In this document: positions 48,551 through 58,271 of the stretch, piece after piece
How positions within the stretch are numbered: the stretch's first letter is position 1
Layout: the number at the start of each line of letters is the position of its first letter
From: Christensenella sp. UBA7571
GTDB lineage: Bacteria; Bacillota; Clostridia; Christensenellales; CAG-917
NCBI GenBank assembly: GCA_002476605.1
Contig: DLLD01000004.1
Coordinates: 11,472 to 75,471, forward strand
Direction of reading: 5' to 3'
DNA: 64,000 bases
Notes under the pieces: model-generated
Databases searched by the model: none
Told to the model about the DNA's origin: nothing
What the model saw: only the letters and a program-made list of their open reading frames with translations
Position numbers and translations under genes: made by a program

Positions 48551-49333
48551 ATGAAAAAAACGGTCAAAATCGACAAAAAACAAGCGTGGCGGATTGCGAG
48601 TAATATCGTATATCCGCTTATCGCGCTGGGAATAATGCTCGCAATATGGGCAATCGCGTCGGTGGCGGAAGACAATCCCTTGGTGCTTCCTATGCCCGAC
48701 GTGGTGCTTGCGCGCTTTTTCGTGCTGGGCGGTGAAGAGGACTTTTGGACGAGCGTCGGGTGGACGCTTTTACGTACGATTGTATGCTTCGTCATATCCT
48801 TCGCTTTGGCAATGATTTTTGCGGTTTTGGGCGGACTTTTCAATCCTATCCATAGAATTATGTCCCCCGTCGTGTCCGTGCTCCGCAGTGCGCCGACTGT
48901 GGCGGTGATACTCATACTTTACGCGTTTTTGAGCGGTAACGCAATGGCGATAGTCGTCGGATTTTTGATTGCTTTCCCCATAATGTACTCCGCGTTTTAC
49001 TCGGCAATTGTCGGTGTGGACAAGGACCTCGTGGAGATGGCAAAAGTCTACAAAGTGCGCCCCTTGGATATCGTGAAAAGCGTGTATATTCCATCGATTA
49101 CGCCGTGCCTTTTCGATACGAGCAAATCTACGCTTTCGCTCACTCTCAAAGTGGTGGTGGCGGCGGAAATTCTTGCCAACGTGCAAGGCAGTATAGGCGG
49201 AAAAATACAAGTGGCAAACGCCTCGTTCGAGATTGCGTACTTGCTTGCGTATACGCTGGTTGCAATCGTTTTCAGCTTCGTTTTGGAAGGCGTGGTGCTC
49301 GGCGCAAAGAAGATTTGGGAGGTGGCAAGATGA
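48551..49333 (+). CDS. ABC transporter permease (SsuC/TauC-type, binding-protein-dependent family)
   Basis: Six hydrophobic segments and an EAA-loop-like region (VYSAFYSAIVGVDKDLVEMAKVYKVRPLDIVKSVYIPS). Confidence 0.86.
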   Translation: MKKTVKIDKKQAWRIASNIVYPLIALGIMLAIWAIASVAEDNPLVLPMPDVVLARFFVLGGEEDFWTSVGWTLLRTIVCFVISFALAMIFAVLGGLFNPIHRIMSPVVSVLRSAPTVAVILILYAFLSGNAMAIVVGFLIAFPIMYSAFYSAIVGVDKDLVEMAKVYKVRPLDIVKSVYIPSITPCLFDTSKSTLSLTLKVVVAAEILANVQGSIGGKIQVANASFEIAYLLAYTLVAIVFSFVLEGVVLGAKKIWEVAR

Positions 49334-50037
49334 GTGATATTATCGTAAAAAACTTCACTTGCGGATACGGTGAAAAAGACGTTTTTCAAGACTTTGATAT
49401 AGCCTTCAAAGAGAATACCATAAACGTAATTTTGGGCGGAAGCGGTGTTGGAAAAACCACTCTTCTCAACGCAATCGCGGGCATAAAAGACTATTCGGGA
49501 GAGATAGACGGTGTAGATGGCGGTGTAAGCTACATTTTTCAAAAAGATAGGTTAATCCCATCGATTTCGGTGTATAAAAACCTTGATTTGATATTACGTG
49601 CCGTTTACAAGGACAAAAACAATCGCAAAAAAATGATTGAAGAAATGGCAAAACTCGTTGAAATCGAGGACGTTCTTCATTCGCTTGCAAGCGAGATAAG
49701 CGGAGGTCAAGCGCAACGCGTGAGTATGGCAAGAGCATTCCTTTATCCTAGCAAAGTGTTGCTTCTCGACGAGCCGTTCAAAGCACTTGACGTCGCGCTC
49801 AAATCAAGGCTCGTCGCAAAGCTCGTGCAACTCAACGACGTGGAAAAGCGCACGGTGATTTTCGTCACCCACTCCATAGACGAGTGCTTGCTTTGCGCGG
49901 ACGAATATTTCGTGTTTGCGGATAGCCCCGTGAAGGTGATTTGCCAAGGTCAAATCGATAGCGACAAGCGATATCGCGCCCTTGCCGATAAGGACCTCGA
50001 AAAGGTGAGAGAGGTATTGCTCGGCGCGCTTGCGTGA
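49330..50037 (+). CDS. ABC transporter ATP-binding protein (SsuB/TauB-like)
   Basis: ATG 49330 overlaps the permease stop (ATGA). Walker A GGSGVGKTT, signature ISGGQAQRVSMARA, Walker B LLLDEPF. Confidence 0.9.
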   Translation: MSDIIVKNFTCGYGEKDVFQDFDIAFKENTINVILGGSGVGKTTLLNAIAGIKDYSGEIDGVDGGVSYIFQKDRLIPSISVYKNLDLILRAVYKDKNNRKKMIEEMAKLVEIEDVLHSLASEISGGQAQRVSMARAFLYPSKVLLLDEPFKALDVALKSRLVAKLVQLNDVEKRTVIFVTHSIDECLLCADEYFVFADSPVKVICQGQIDSDKRYRALADKDLEKVREVLLGALA

Positions 50038-50167
50038 GTGCGAAAATCGAGCGTAAAAACGTCGTAAAAATCGCAAAAATTCTTGCGCCGTTAAACGATT
50101 GCAAATCCGCGCGGTAAATAGGCAACGGATTGGCGGGAAAATGTTGAGAAATTGGCTTGCCGATTGC

Positions 50168-50196
50168 TTGACTTTTTTAGACAATGAATATATAAT
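50168..50196 (+). promoter_or_regulatory. Sigma-70-type promoter of rpmE
   Basis: TTGACT (50168-50173), 17-nt spacer, TATAAT (50191-50196). Confidence 0.65.
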
Positions 50197-50270
50197 AAAG
50201 AAACTTTATGTCATATACGCGTAACGAATTGGCGCGTGTGGGTATAAAAAAACGAGTTAGGAGAACCAAA

Positions 50271-50477
50271 ATGAAAGAAGGAATCCATCCCCAATACCAC
50301 GACGTAACGGTCGTGTGTGCGTGCGGAAACACATTCCAAACGGGTACGACCAAAAACGTCAACGAACTTAGAGTTGAAATTTGCTCCAAATGCCATCCGT
50401 ATTTCACGGGCAAACAAAAACTTGTTGACACCGGCGGACGCGTTGACAAATTCAAGAAGAGATACAATCTCGACTAA
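50271..50477 (+). CDS. rpmE: 50S ribosomal protein L31
   Basis: [27 protein letters not shown]...[14 protein letters not shown]...[13 protein letters not shown] 50271 follows AGGAGAA. Confidence 0.95.
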   Translation: MKEGIHPQYHDVTVVCACGNTFQTGTTKNVNELRVEICSKCHPYFTGKQKLVDTGGRVDKFKKRYNLD

Positions 50478-50495
50478 CACACACACGAAGAAAAT

Positions 50496-50549
50496 GCAGG
50501 CATTATGGGATAGTTGGTTATATATATCACCCATAGCCTGCGTTTTTTC
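50496..50549 (+). terminator. Intrinsic terminator of rpmE
   Basis: GCAGGC-a-TTATGGG ... CCCATA-GCCTGC composite stem followed by GTTTTTTC. Confidence 0.6.
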
Positions 50550-50566
50550 TTTAATCGCGCTATTTG

Positions 50567-50682
50567 GCGAATAGCTTTGTCAGTGCGCGCCCGCCACAAA
50601 ATCACGTACGCTTAGTACGTTGGGTTTTGTGGCGGACGCACACTTTCGCGCTCTTCATCCAAATATCGCGATTAAAACAAGC
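50567..50682 (+). repeat. Gene-3' module C, copy 1
   Basis: GCGAATAGCTTTGTCAG, then the long imperfect hairpin GTGCGCGCCCGCCACAAAATCACGTAC-gctta-GTACGTTGGGTTTTGTGGCGGACGCAC, then CTCTTCATCCAAATATCGCGATTAAAACAAGC. The apical ACGTAC-GC(T/A)TA-GTACGT and the tail match 59769-59883. Confidence 0.75.
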
Positions 50683-50730
50683 CGTGCGTTAATTTTTATA
50701 AGGAAAAACACAAAAAATCACCATTTATAA

Positions 50731-52629
50731 ATGAAAGAAAAATCCAAGAAAAATAAAGAACCGAAAGTCAAGAACGTTATCGACAAGACGTCAAAAGCGG
50801 TGAGGCGGACGAGTATCGGCGGACAAGCCGTGCTCGAAGGCGTTATGATGAAGGGCGAACACTCCATCGCAACTGCCGTGCGCACGCCGAGCGGTGACAT
50901 CACCGTCGAGAGCAAGTACATCAAGAGCCCCAAAGAGCGCAACGTGTTTTTCCGCTTGCCTTTTATAAGAGGCGTAGTCAATCTTTTCACGCAACTTTTC
51001 CAAGGCACGGGCATAATGATGCGTTCGGCGGAAGTGTACGGTGACTACGCAGAGCCGTCCAAGTTTGAAAAATGGATGGCGGACAAGCTCAAAATCAATC
51101 CTATGAACGTGCTTATGGCGTTCTCGGTGGTGTTGGGCGTGCTTCTTGCCGTGGGACTTTTCGTATTTTTGCCCAACGTAATTGCGGGCGCGATTTGCGA
51201 CAATATCCAAGCAATCAATACGTCCTCGCTCAAAAGCCTTTGGTACAGTCTTATCGAGGGTGGCATTATGCTGGTGATTTTCATAAGTTATATACTTTTG
51301 GTGACGCTTATGAAGGACGTTCGCAGAGTGTTTATGTATCACGGCGCGGAACACAAGGTCATCACTTGCTACGAGCACGGACTTGACCTTACCGTTGAAA
51401 ACGCCAAGAAGATGCGCAGAGAACACTCTCGTTGCGGAACGACGTTTCTCTTTTTCGTCGTTGCGGTGAGCATAATCGTGTTCGTACTCGTCAACTATAT
51501 GATTACGGCGTGCAATCTCGTAGTGCCGTCGTCGGTTGGCGGATACAAGGTGCTCAACGCGCTTATAAAACTCGGTTTCAAGCTCTTGTTCTTGCCCGTG
51601 GTTGCGGGTATATCCTACGAGCTTTTGAAGCTTCTTGCAAAGAGCGATTGCCTCTTGGCGCGCATATTGCGTGCCCCCGGTATGCTCCTTCAAAAACTCA
51701 CCACCAAAGAGCCTACCGACGATATGCTCGAAGTGTCTATAACTGCGTTTAAGACGGTTATGGAAATGGACGCAAATCCCAATCTCGAAGAGAAAAAATT
51801 CGATATCCGCGTGCCCTACGGCGTTGCGAGAGATCGTGTAAAGAATATAGCAAAGGGCGCGGACGAAGCGGATATAGATTGGTTGCTCGTTGAGGTTACG
51901 GGCGTCAAGAGAAGCGAACTTCCCGCGCTCAAAACGCTCACCAAGGCGCAATACGACGCTGCGGAAGCCATTGCAAACAAGATGAAAGACGGCACGCCGT
52001 TGCAATACGCACTCGGTTATTCCGACTTTTACGGCATCAAGATTTCCGTCAATCAAAACGTGCTTATACCTCGTCCCGAAACGGAAGAGCTCGTAGAAAA
52101 AGCCATAGCCGAGGTTAAATCGAGAAGCGAAAGCGTCGGAGTAGACGTGCTCGACTTGTGCACTGGAAGCGGTGCAATCGCAGTGGCAATCGCAAAGAAT
52201 ACCGGCGCAAACGTAAAAGCAACCGATATAAGTGCGGGCGCAATCGACGTTGCAAAAGCAAACGCGCTCAATACGGGCGTGAAAATCGATTTTGCGTGCG
52301 GTGATATGTGGAGTGCGGTAGAGAATAAACGATTTGACGTAATCGTGTCCAATCCGCCGTATATCCCAAGCGAAGACGTGAAAAAACTCGACGAAAAAGT
52401 CAAAAATTTTGAGCCTCAACTTGCCCTTGACGGTGACGCGGACGGCTTGAAATATTATAGAATTATAGAAAAAGGTCTTGACGCTCATCTTGATGACGTC
52501 GGAGTGCTTTTGATGGAATTCGGCATAGGTCAAGCCGAGAGCATAAAAGAAATTTTTGCCGCTTACGACGTGACTATCGACAAGGACGTCGAGGGCGTCG
52601 AGCGTATGGCAACGGTGAGAAGAAAATGA
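50731..52629 (+). CDS. prmC: Fusion protein: DUF1385 membrane-associated domain + peptide-chain-release-factor N5-glutamine methyltransferase (PrmC)
   Basis: The N-terminal half has [22 protein letters not shown] and several TM helices, typical of DUF1385. The C-terminal half has [40 protein letters not shown] and IVSNPPYI, the PrmC/HemK motifs. It is a single uninterrupted ORF. Confidence 0.85.
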   Translation: MKEKSKKNKEPKVKNVIDKTSKAVRRTSIGGQAVLEGVMMKGEHSIATAVRTPSGDITVESKYIKSPKERNVFFRLPFIRGVVNLFTQLFQGTGIMMRSAEVYGDYAEPSKFEKWMADKLKINPMNVLMAFSVVLGVLLAVGLFVFLPNVIAGAICDNIQAINTSSLKSLWYSLIEGGIMLVIFISYILLVTLMKDVRRVFMYHGAEHKVITCYEHGLDLTVENAKKMRREHSRCGTTFLFFVVAVSIIVFVLVNYMITACNLVVPSSVGGYKVLNALIKLGFKLLFLPVVAGISYELLKLLAKSDCLLARILRAPGMLLQKLTTKEPTDDMLEVSITAFKTVMEMDANPNLEEKKFDIRVPYGVARDRVKNIAKGADEADIDWLLVEVTGVKRSELPALKTLTKAQYDAAEAIANKMKDGTPLQYALGYSDFYGIKISVNQNVLIPRPETEELVEKAIAEVKSRSESVGVDVLDLCTGSGAIAVAIAKNTGANVKATDISAGAIDVAKANALNTGVKIDFACGDMWSAVENKRFDVIVSNPPYIPSEDVKKLDEKVKNFEPQLALDGDADGLKYYRIIEKGLDAHLDDVGVLLMEFGIGQAESIKEIFAAYDVTIDKDVEGVERMATVRRK

Positions 52630-53711
52630 AGATAAGCGACGGTTTGATACAACGACTTAATAAAATTCAGGCGCGATACGAGGAAGTTGGCAATCTTTTG
52701 TCAAAGCCGGAAGTGATTGCGGACCAAACGCAATTCAAGGCACTTTCCAAGGAACATTCCGACCTTATGCCCATCGTCGAAAACTACGCGACGTACTTAA
52801 AGCACAAGAGTGATTTTGAGGATTGCGAGCAGATGGTTGCAATGGAGAGCGACGCCGATATGAAAGCGCTTGCAAAGCAAGAACTCGACGAGCTTCGCGA
52901 TATGCTCGACAAGGACGCGGAAGACATCAAAATCTCGCTTTTGCCCAAAGACCCCAACGAGGACAACAACGTCATTATGGAAATACGCGCGGGCGCGGGC
53001 GGAGACGAAGCCGCGCTTTTCGGCACGGAACTTATGCGTATGTATCGTCATTACGCCGAAAACAATCGTTGGAAAATCGAAGAAGTCAATATGAACTACA
53101 CCGAGCTCGGCGGTGCGAAGGAACTCGTGTTTATGATCACGGGCAAAGGCGTTTGGGGCAAGCTCAAATTTGAGAGTGGTGTGCATAGAGTCCAGCGCGT
53201 TCCAGAGACGGAGTCGCAAGGCAGAGTGCATACCTCAACGGTTACGGTGGCGGTGCTTCCCGAGGCGCAAGACGTCGAAGTCACGCTCAACGAAAACGAC
53301 ATCAAAGTGGACACTTACCGCAGCGGCGGCGCGGGCGGACAGCACGTTAACAAGACGGAAAGCGCGATAAGAATGACGCATATTCCCACGGGAATCGTCG
53401 TTGAGTGTCAAGACGAGCGCAGTCAGATAAAAAATCGCGAAAAGGCACTTAAAGTGCTCAAATCGAGAGTTTACGACTATTATCAGTCGCAAGCGCAAAA
53501 GGAATACGCCGAAAATCGTCGTGCGCAAGTGGGCACGGGAGACAGAAGCGAGCGTATAAGAACGTACAACTTTCCGCAAGGCAGAGTTACAGATCACCGC
53601 ATAGGTCTCACGCTTTATTCGCTTGACAAATTTATGCTCGGTGATATGGACGAAATGATATCCGCACTTCAAATCGCGGTGCAAAATAAGATGCTCGAAA
53701 ACATCGAGTGA
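52626..53711 (+). CDS. prfA: Peptide chain release factor 1
   Basis: [14 protein letters not shown] (RF1-type PxT tripeptide region) and [17 protein letters not shown] (GGQ motif). The start overlaps the prmC stop (ATGA). Confidence 0.97.
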   Translation: MKISDGLIQRLNKIQARYEEVGNLLSKPEVIADQTQFKALSKEHSDLMPIVENYATYLKHKSDFEDCEQMVAMESDADMKALAKQELDELRDMLDKDAEDIKISLLPKDPNEDNNVIMEIRAGAGGDEAALFGTELMRMYRHYAENNRWKIEEVNMNYTELGGAKELVFMITGKGVWGKLKFESGVHRVQRVPETESQGRVHTSTVTVAVLPEAQDVEVTLNENDIKVDTYRSGGAGGQHVNKTESAIRMTHIPTGIVVECQDERSQIKNREKALKVLKSRVYDYYQSQAQKEYAENRRAQVGTGDRSERIRTYNFPQGRVTDHRIGLTLYSLDKFMLGDMDEMISALQIAVQNKMLENIE

Positions 53712-53723
53712 CGGAGGCAAAAG

Positions 53724-55118
53724 ATGATTGTCGAATACAACAAGCGCAACCACTTGCTCGAAGAACACAACTACAAGCCGTCTCTTCAAGACGTGGAAAA
53801 TCCAAATCTTCACAGACAAGTTTTCACGTACGGCAAAATCCCCAAAACCGCGTTCAATATGCGCCACGTGCCTATGGAATGTCCAAAGGATTTGTACATA
53901 AGCGATACGACGTTCAGAGACGGACAACAAGCTATGCAACCGTTCGAGGTCAAGGACATTGTGGAACTTTACAAGAAGCTTCACAGACTTGGCGGAAAGA
54001 ACGGTATGATACGCCAAAGCGAGTTTTTCCTTTATAGCGATAAGGACAAAGAAGCGGTCAAAAAGTGCCTCGACCTCGGATACGAATTTCCCGAAGTCAC
54101 CAGCTGGATACGCGCGAGCGAAAAGGACTTCGAGCTCGTCAAAGAATTCGGCATAAGAGAGACGGGTATTTTGGTCAGTTGCTCGGACTATCATATCTTC
54201 AAAAAGATGAATATGACTCGTAAGCAAGCGATGGATAAGTATCTCGGCATCGTCAAAATGGCACTCGACAGAGGCATAGTGCCTCGTTGCCACTTCGAGG
54301 ACATCACGAGAGCGGATTATTTCGGCTTCGTCGTTCCGTTTGCAATCGAGCTTATGAAATTGAGTAGAGAGAGCGGTATTCCGATAAAAATCCGCGCGTG
54401 CGATACGATGGGCTACGGCGTAACTTACCCCGGTACTTCGCTCCCGCGAAGCGTACAAGGCATAATCTACGGCTTCCGTTACTATGCGGAAGTGCCCAGC
54501 GAACAGCTCGAATGGCACGGACACAACGACTTTTACAAGGCGGTTACCAACAGTGCGACGGCGTGGCTTTACGGTTGCTCGACGGTCAACACCACGCTCC
54601 TCGGCATAGGTGAGCGCACGGGCAATACGCCTCTTGAAGCAATGGCAATCGAATATACGTCGCTTCGAGGCACGTCCAACGGTATGAACCTCGAAGTCAT
54701 CAGCGAGATTGCGGACTATTTCGAGGACGAAATGGGATATCGTATTCCGCCTCAAACGCCGTTCGTGGGCAAAAACTTCAACGTAACCAAGGCGGGTATT
54801 CACGCCGACGGTATGCTCAAAGACCAAGAAATCTACAACATTTTCGACACCCAAAAGATTTTGGGAAGAGCGCCGAGAGTGGTGGTGGACGCGTTCAGCG
54901 GGCTTGCGGGCATTGCGTACTGGATCGATACATTCTACGAGCTTCCCACCGAGGCAAAAGTGGACAAGAAGGACGAACTCGTCGCAAGAATGAAGGAGCT
55001 CGTGGACAAGCAATACGCCGAGGGACGCACCACGTCCATAAGCGATAGGGAACTCGACGCAATGGTCAACCTTATCTCACCCGTCAGACACGCCGAACTT
55101 ACCTCGTATATCGAGTAA
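53724..55118 (+). CDS. HMGL-like (DRE-TIM) condensing enzyme of the homocitrate / Re-citrate / isopropylmalate synthase family
   Basis: DTTFRDGQQ, the CHFEDITRAD-type acid block, HGHNDFY and LGIGERTGNTPLE are metal/substrate motifs of this family. The ~460-aa form with a long N-terminal leader before DTTFRDGQQ resembles clostridial Re-citrate synthase. Substrate cannot be assigned from sequence by eye. Confidence 0.8.
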   Translation: MIVEYNKRNHLLEEHNYKPSLQDVENPNLHRQVFTYGKIPKTAFNMRHVPMECPKDLYISDTTFRDGQQAMQPFEVKDIVELYKKLHRLGGKNGMIRQSEFFLYSDKDKEAVKKCLDLGYEFPEVTSWIRASEKDFELVKEFGIRETGILVSCSDYHIFKKMNMTRKQAMDKYLGIVKMALDRGIVPRCHFEDITRADYFGFVVPFAIELMKLSRESGIPIKIRACDTMGYGVTYPGTSLPRSVQGIIYGFRYYAEVPSEQLEWHGHNDFYKAVTNSATAWLYGCSTVNTTLLGIGERTGNTPLEAMAIEYTSLRGTSNGMNLEVISEIADYFEDEMGYRIPPQTPFVGKNFNVTKAGIHADGMLKDQEIYNIFDTQKILGRAPRVVVDAFSGLAGIAYWIDTFYELPTEAKVDKKDELVARMKELVDKQYAEGRTTSISDRELDAMVNLISPVRHAELTSYIE

Positions 55119-55230
55119 ATTGAGACGATTCGTACACGCGTTTTCGAACAATTTGCAAAAACCGTCAATTTTTGAAAATTGGATATTGAAATCGCGCGAT
55201 ATATTATATATAATATAAGCGGAGGTGCTT

Positions 55231-55641
55231 ATGATTAAATTTATTACCGGAGCAAAAGGCACAGGCAAAACCAAAAACATCATCGATATGGCAAACGACA
55301 ACATCGATACCGCAAAAGGCGACATCGTGTTTGTGACCGATACGGACAGATATATGTATTCGTTGCGTTATCAAGTGCGCGTGGTCAACGCCAAACAACT
55401 CAAAAGAGACGACAATCCCGTCAGCGAAGAGGCACTTATCGGCTTTATCAAAGGCTTGCTTGCGGGCAACCACGATATCGAGACTCTTTACATCGACGGC
55501 GCACATAGAATGCTCGGCAAGACCGTGCACGAGATGAAAGACTTTTTCGACGACATTCGCGAAGTGGCAAAGGACACGGATACGCAATTCGTCATTACGG
55601 TGAGCGAGGACGAGAACAACCTTCCGGACTTCGTGCGCTAA
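55231..55641 (+). CDS. Small (136 aa) stand-alone P-loop protein, unknown function
   Basis: ATG 55231 follows GGAGG. Walker A-like GAKGTGKT at residues 8-15 and Walker B-like TLYIDG. Confidence 0.55.
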   Translation: MIKFITGAKGTGKTKNIIDMANDNIDTAKGDIVFVTDTDRYMYSLRYQVRVVNAKQLKRDDNPVSEEALIGFIKGLLAGNHDIETLYIDGAHRMLGKTVHEMKDFFDDIREVAKDTDTQFVITVSEDENNLPDFVR

Positions 55642-55651
55642 AAGGAGCTTT

Positions 55652-57136
55652 ATGAAATACACCTGCACCAGGAATTCCAAAATCGAAATTTCTGCAAGCG
55701 AGGCTATCGTAAAAGGAATATCGGATGACGGCGGACTTTTCGTTCCGTCGTCATTCCCGATTTTTAGCCTTGACGATATAGGCGCGCTCGTAGACCTTGA
55801 TTATGCGGAGCGTTCCGCAAAAATATTGTCGAAATACCTCGACGATTTTTCTTACGAGGAAATTTTGGATTATACGCGCAAGGCGTATTCTCGTTTTGAC
55901 GAGGACGTATGTCCCGTCGTAAAAGTCGAAGACGGGCTCTATATGCTGGAATTGTGGCACGGACCTACCGCGTCATTTAAGGATATATCCCTTTCTCTTT
56001 TGCCGTATCTTCTTGGCGCAAGCAAGAAAAAACTCGGTATCACCGACGACACGTTGTTGCTCGTCGCAACGAGCGGAGATACGGGAAAATCCGCCTTGGA
56101 AGCGTTCAAGGACGTAGAAGGGGTGCACGTCGCGGTGTTTTATCCCGCAAAAGGCGTAAGCGAATTGCAACGCCTTCAAATGGTCACGCAAGAGGGCGCA
56201 AACGTGTCGGTTTTCGGCGTCAAGGGCAACTTTGACGACGCTCAATCCGCAATCAAGCGTATCCTCAACGACGAGGAAGTAGCGGACGAACTCAAAAATC
56301 TCGGCGTCTCCTTGTCTGTGGCAAATTCTATCAACTGGGGCAGGCTCGCCCCGCAAATCGTGTATTATTTTTCCGCATACTGCGACCTCGTCGTAAGTGA
56401 GGAAATCGAATTAGGTGAAAAAATAAACTTCGTCGTCCCCACGGGCAATTTCGGTAACGTCGTTGCGGGATATTACGCCTATCGTATGGGACTTCCCGTA
56501 AACAAGTTTATAATCGCTACCAACGCAAACAACGCACCCGTGGACTTGTTCAACGACGGTGAATACGACGTAAAGCGCGACTTTTTCAAAACGATGTCTC
56601 CGTCAATGGACGTGCTCGTCGCAAGCAATCTCGAAAGGCTCGTATACGAGGCACTCGGAAGAGACGACGAGGCAGTGAAGCAAGCCTACGACGATTTGAA
56701 ACTTACGGGTAGGTTCGAGCTCGATCCCGAAGATATCCGTATGGATTTGTTTGAAGCGGGCTGGGCGGACGAAGAAGATACGAAGAACGCAATCGAGACG
56801 TTTTTCGACCTCGACGATTACATTATGGACACGCACACCGCAGTGGCGGCAAGCGTCTATAACGACTATTCGTGCGAGACGGAAGACGAAACTCCCACCG
56901 TTATCGTGTCCACGGCAAGCCCGTACAAAGTCGCTTCCGACGTTCTCGGTGCGCTCGGTACGAAGGAAAGAAACGCTTACAAAGCCGTCGTGAAACTTTA
57001 CAATCTCACCGCGCTCGATTGTCCCGAAAGCATTGCGGAACTTGAAGAAAAAGAAGAGATTTACAAAGACGTTGTAGAGCGTACGGATATAAAACGTACC
57101 GTGCTCGACGTGGCAAAACGAATTGGAAAACAATAA
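55652..57136 (+). CDS. thrC: Threonine synthase (long form)
   Basis: HGPTASFKDISLSLLPY (PLP-lysine motif), ATSGDTGKSA and VPTGNFGN. Confidence 0.93.
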   Translation: MKYTCTRNSKIEISASEAIVKGISDDGGLFVPSSFPIFSLDDIGALVDLDYAERSAKILSKYLDDFSYEEILDYTRKAYSRFDEDVCPVVKVEDGLYMLELWHGPTASFKDISLSLLPYLLGASKKKLGITDDTLLLVATSGDTGKSALEAFKDVEGVHVAVFYPAKGVSELQRLQMVTQEGANVSVFGVKGNFDDAQSAIKRILNDEEVADELKNLGVSLSVANSINWGRLAPQIVYYFSAYCDLVVSEEIELGEKINFVVPTGNFGNVVAGYYAYRMGLPVNKFIIATNANNAPVDLFNDGEYDVKRDFFKTMSPSMDVLVASNLERLVYEALGRDDEAVKQAYDDLKLTGRFELDPEDIRMDLFEAGWADEEDTKNAIETFFDLDDYIMDTHTAVAASVYNDYSCETEDETPTVIVSTASPYKVASDVLGALGTKERNAYKAVVKLYNLTALDCPESIAELEEKEEIYKDVVERTDIKRTVLDVAKRIGKQ

Positions 57137-57205
57137 GGAAAGTCGTATCATAATTAACGCAAAACTGCGTTTATCGTGACGAAACGACTATATAAAGTGT
57201 GTATT

Positions 57206-58207
57206 ATGGAAGAACAAAAACAAAAAATCGTATATAGCGCATTGAAACCGACGGGTGATTTGCAACTGGGCAACTACATCGGCGCGCTCAAAAATATGGT
57301 CAAACTCCAAGACGAGTATAAGTGCATTTACACGGTTGCCGATATGCACGCAATCACGGTGGACAACGTCCCCGCGGACTTGCGCCGTCGCACTTACGAC
57401 TTTATGGCAATATTCCTTGCAATAGGTCTCGATCCCGAGAAGACGACGTTGTTCGTGCAATCGCAAGTGCCCGAGCACGCGGAGCTTGCTTGGGTGCTCA
57501 ACTGCAACACTCAATTCGGTGAAGCAAGCAGAATGACGCAGTTCAAGGAAAAGAGTCAAAAAGCACCCGAAAACGTCAACCTCGGCTTGTTCACTTATCC
57601 CACGCTTATGGCAGCGGACATCTTGCTTTATCAAGCGGACTACGTTCCCATCGGCAAGGACCAAAAGCAACATCTCGAACTTGCAAGAGATATCGCTCAA
57701 CGCTTCAACTCCAAGTATTCTCCGACGTTCGTCATTCCCGACGGAATATTCCCGACGATCGGCGCAAAGATATACAATCTTCTCGATCCCACCACCAAGA
57801 TGGGCAAGACTGACGACAACACCAACGGAGTTATCCACCTTCTCGACGATCCGGACACCGTTATGCGCAAATTTAAGAGGGCGGTCACGGACTGCGGAGA
57901 CGCAATCGTTATGGCGGAGGACAAGCCCGGTATAAGCAACCTTATCACGATATATTCCGTCATTACGGATACGCCTATCGACAAGGTGCAAGATATCTTT
58001 GCGGGCACGTCTTACGCGGACTTCAAAACCAAAGTCGGTGAAGCGGTGGTCGAATATTTGCGCCCAATTCAAGAGAAGCACGCCTACTATATGCAACACA
58101 AGGATTACCTTGAAGAGATTATGCGAAACGGCGCGCAAGAGGCACAAAGAATTGCAAGAAAGACACTTTCCAAAGTGTATAGAAAAGTCGGTTTCGTGCA
58201 AGCATAA
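57206..58207 (+). CDS. trpS: Tryptophan--tRNA ligase
   Basis: ATG 57206 (MEEQKQKIVYSALKPTGDLQLGNYIG...). GKDQKQHLELARDIAQRFN and the KMGKT (KMSKS-type) loop. The listed start 57176 is a GTG extension. Confidence 0.95.
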   Translation: MEEQKQKIVYSALKPTGDLQLGNYIGALKNMVKLQDEYKCIYTVADMHAITVDNVPADLRRRTYDFMAIFLAIGLDPEKTTLFVQSQVPEHAELAWVLNCNTQFGEASRMTQFKEKSQKAPENVNLGLFTYPTLMAADILLYQADYVPIGKDQKQHLELARDIAQRFNSKYSPTFVIPDGIFPTIGAKIYNLLDPTTKMGKTDDNTNGVIHLLDDPDTVMRKFKRAVTDCGDAIVMAEDKPGISNLITIYSVITDTPIDKVQDIFAGTSYADFKTKVGEAVVEYLRPIQEKHAYYMQHKDYLEEIMRNGAQEAQRIARKTLSKVYRKVGFVQA

Positions 58208-58271
58208 TTTTAAGGTACGTTTAATCTAAATAGTGTAGATTATTAGACAATAAGACAAAGAGGCAAGCAAA

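Noticed and set aside
50791-55013. Antisense ORFs of 580 aa (50791-52533) and 592 aa (53235-55013) opposite prmC, prfA and the citrate-synthase-family gene.
   Set aside because: The sense-strand genes carry unmistakable family motifs (NPPY, GGQ, DTTFRDGQQ). The antisense products have none and show the same R/H/V/F-rich composition as other shadow ORFs.
57137-57205. T-box leader upstream of trpS, and lysine riboswitch upstream of asd-dapA (6602-6740).
   Set aside because: The intergenic spaces (~70 nt and ~100 nt of usable leader) are too short for these 200-nt elements. Neither the T-box sequence AGAGA..GGTGGnACCGCG nor L-box conserved blocks are present.
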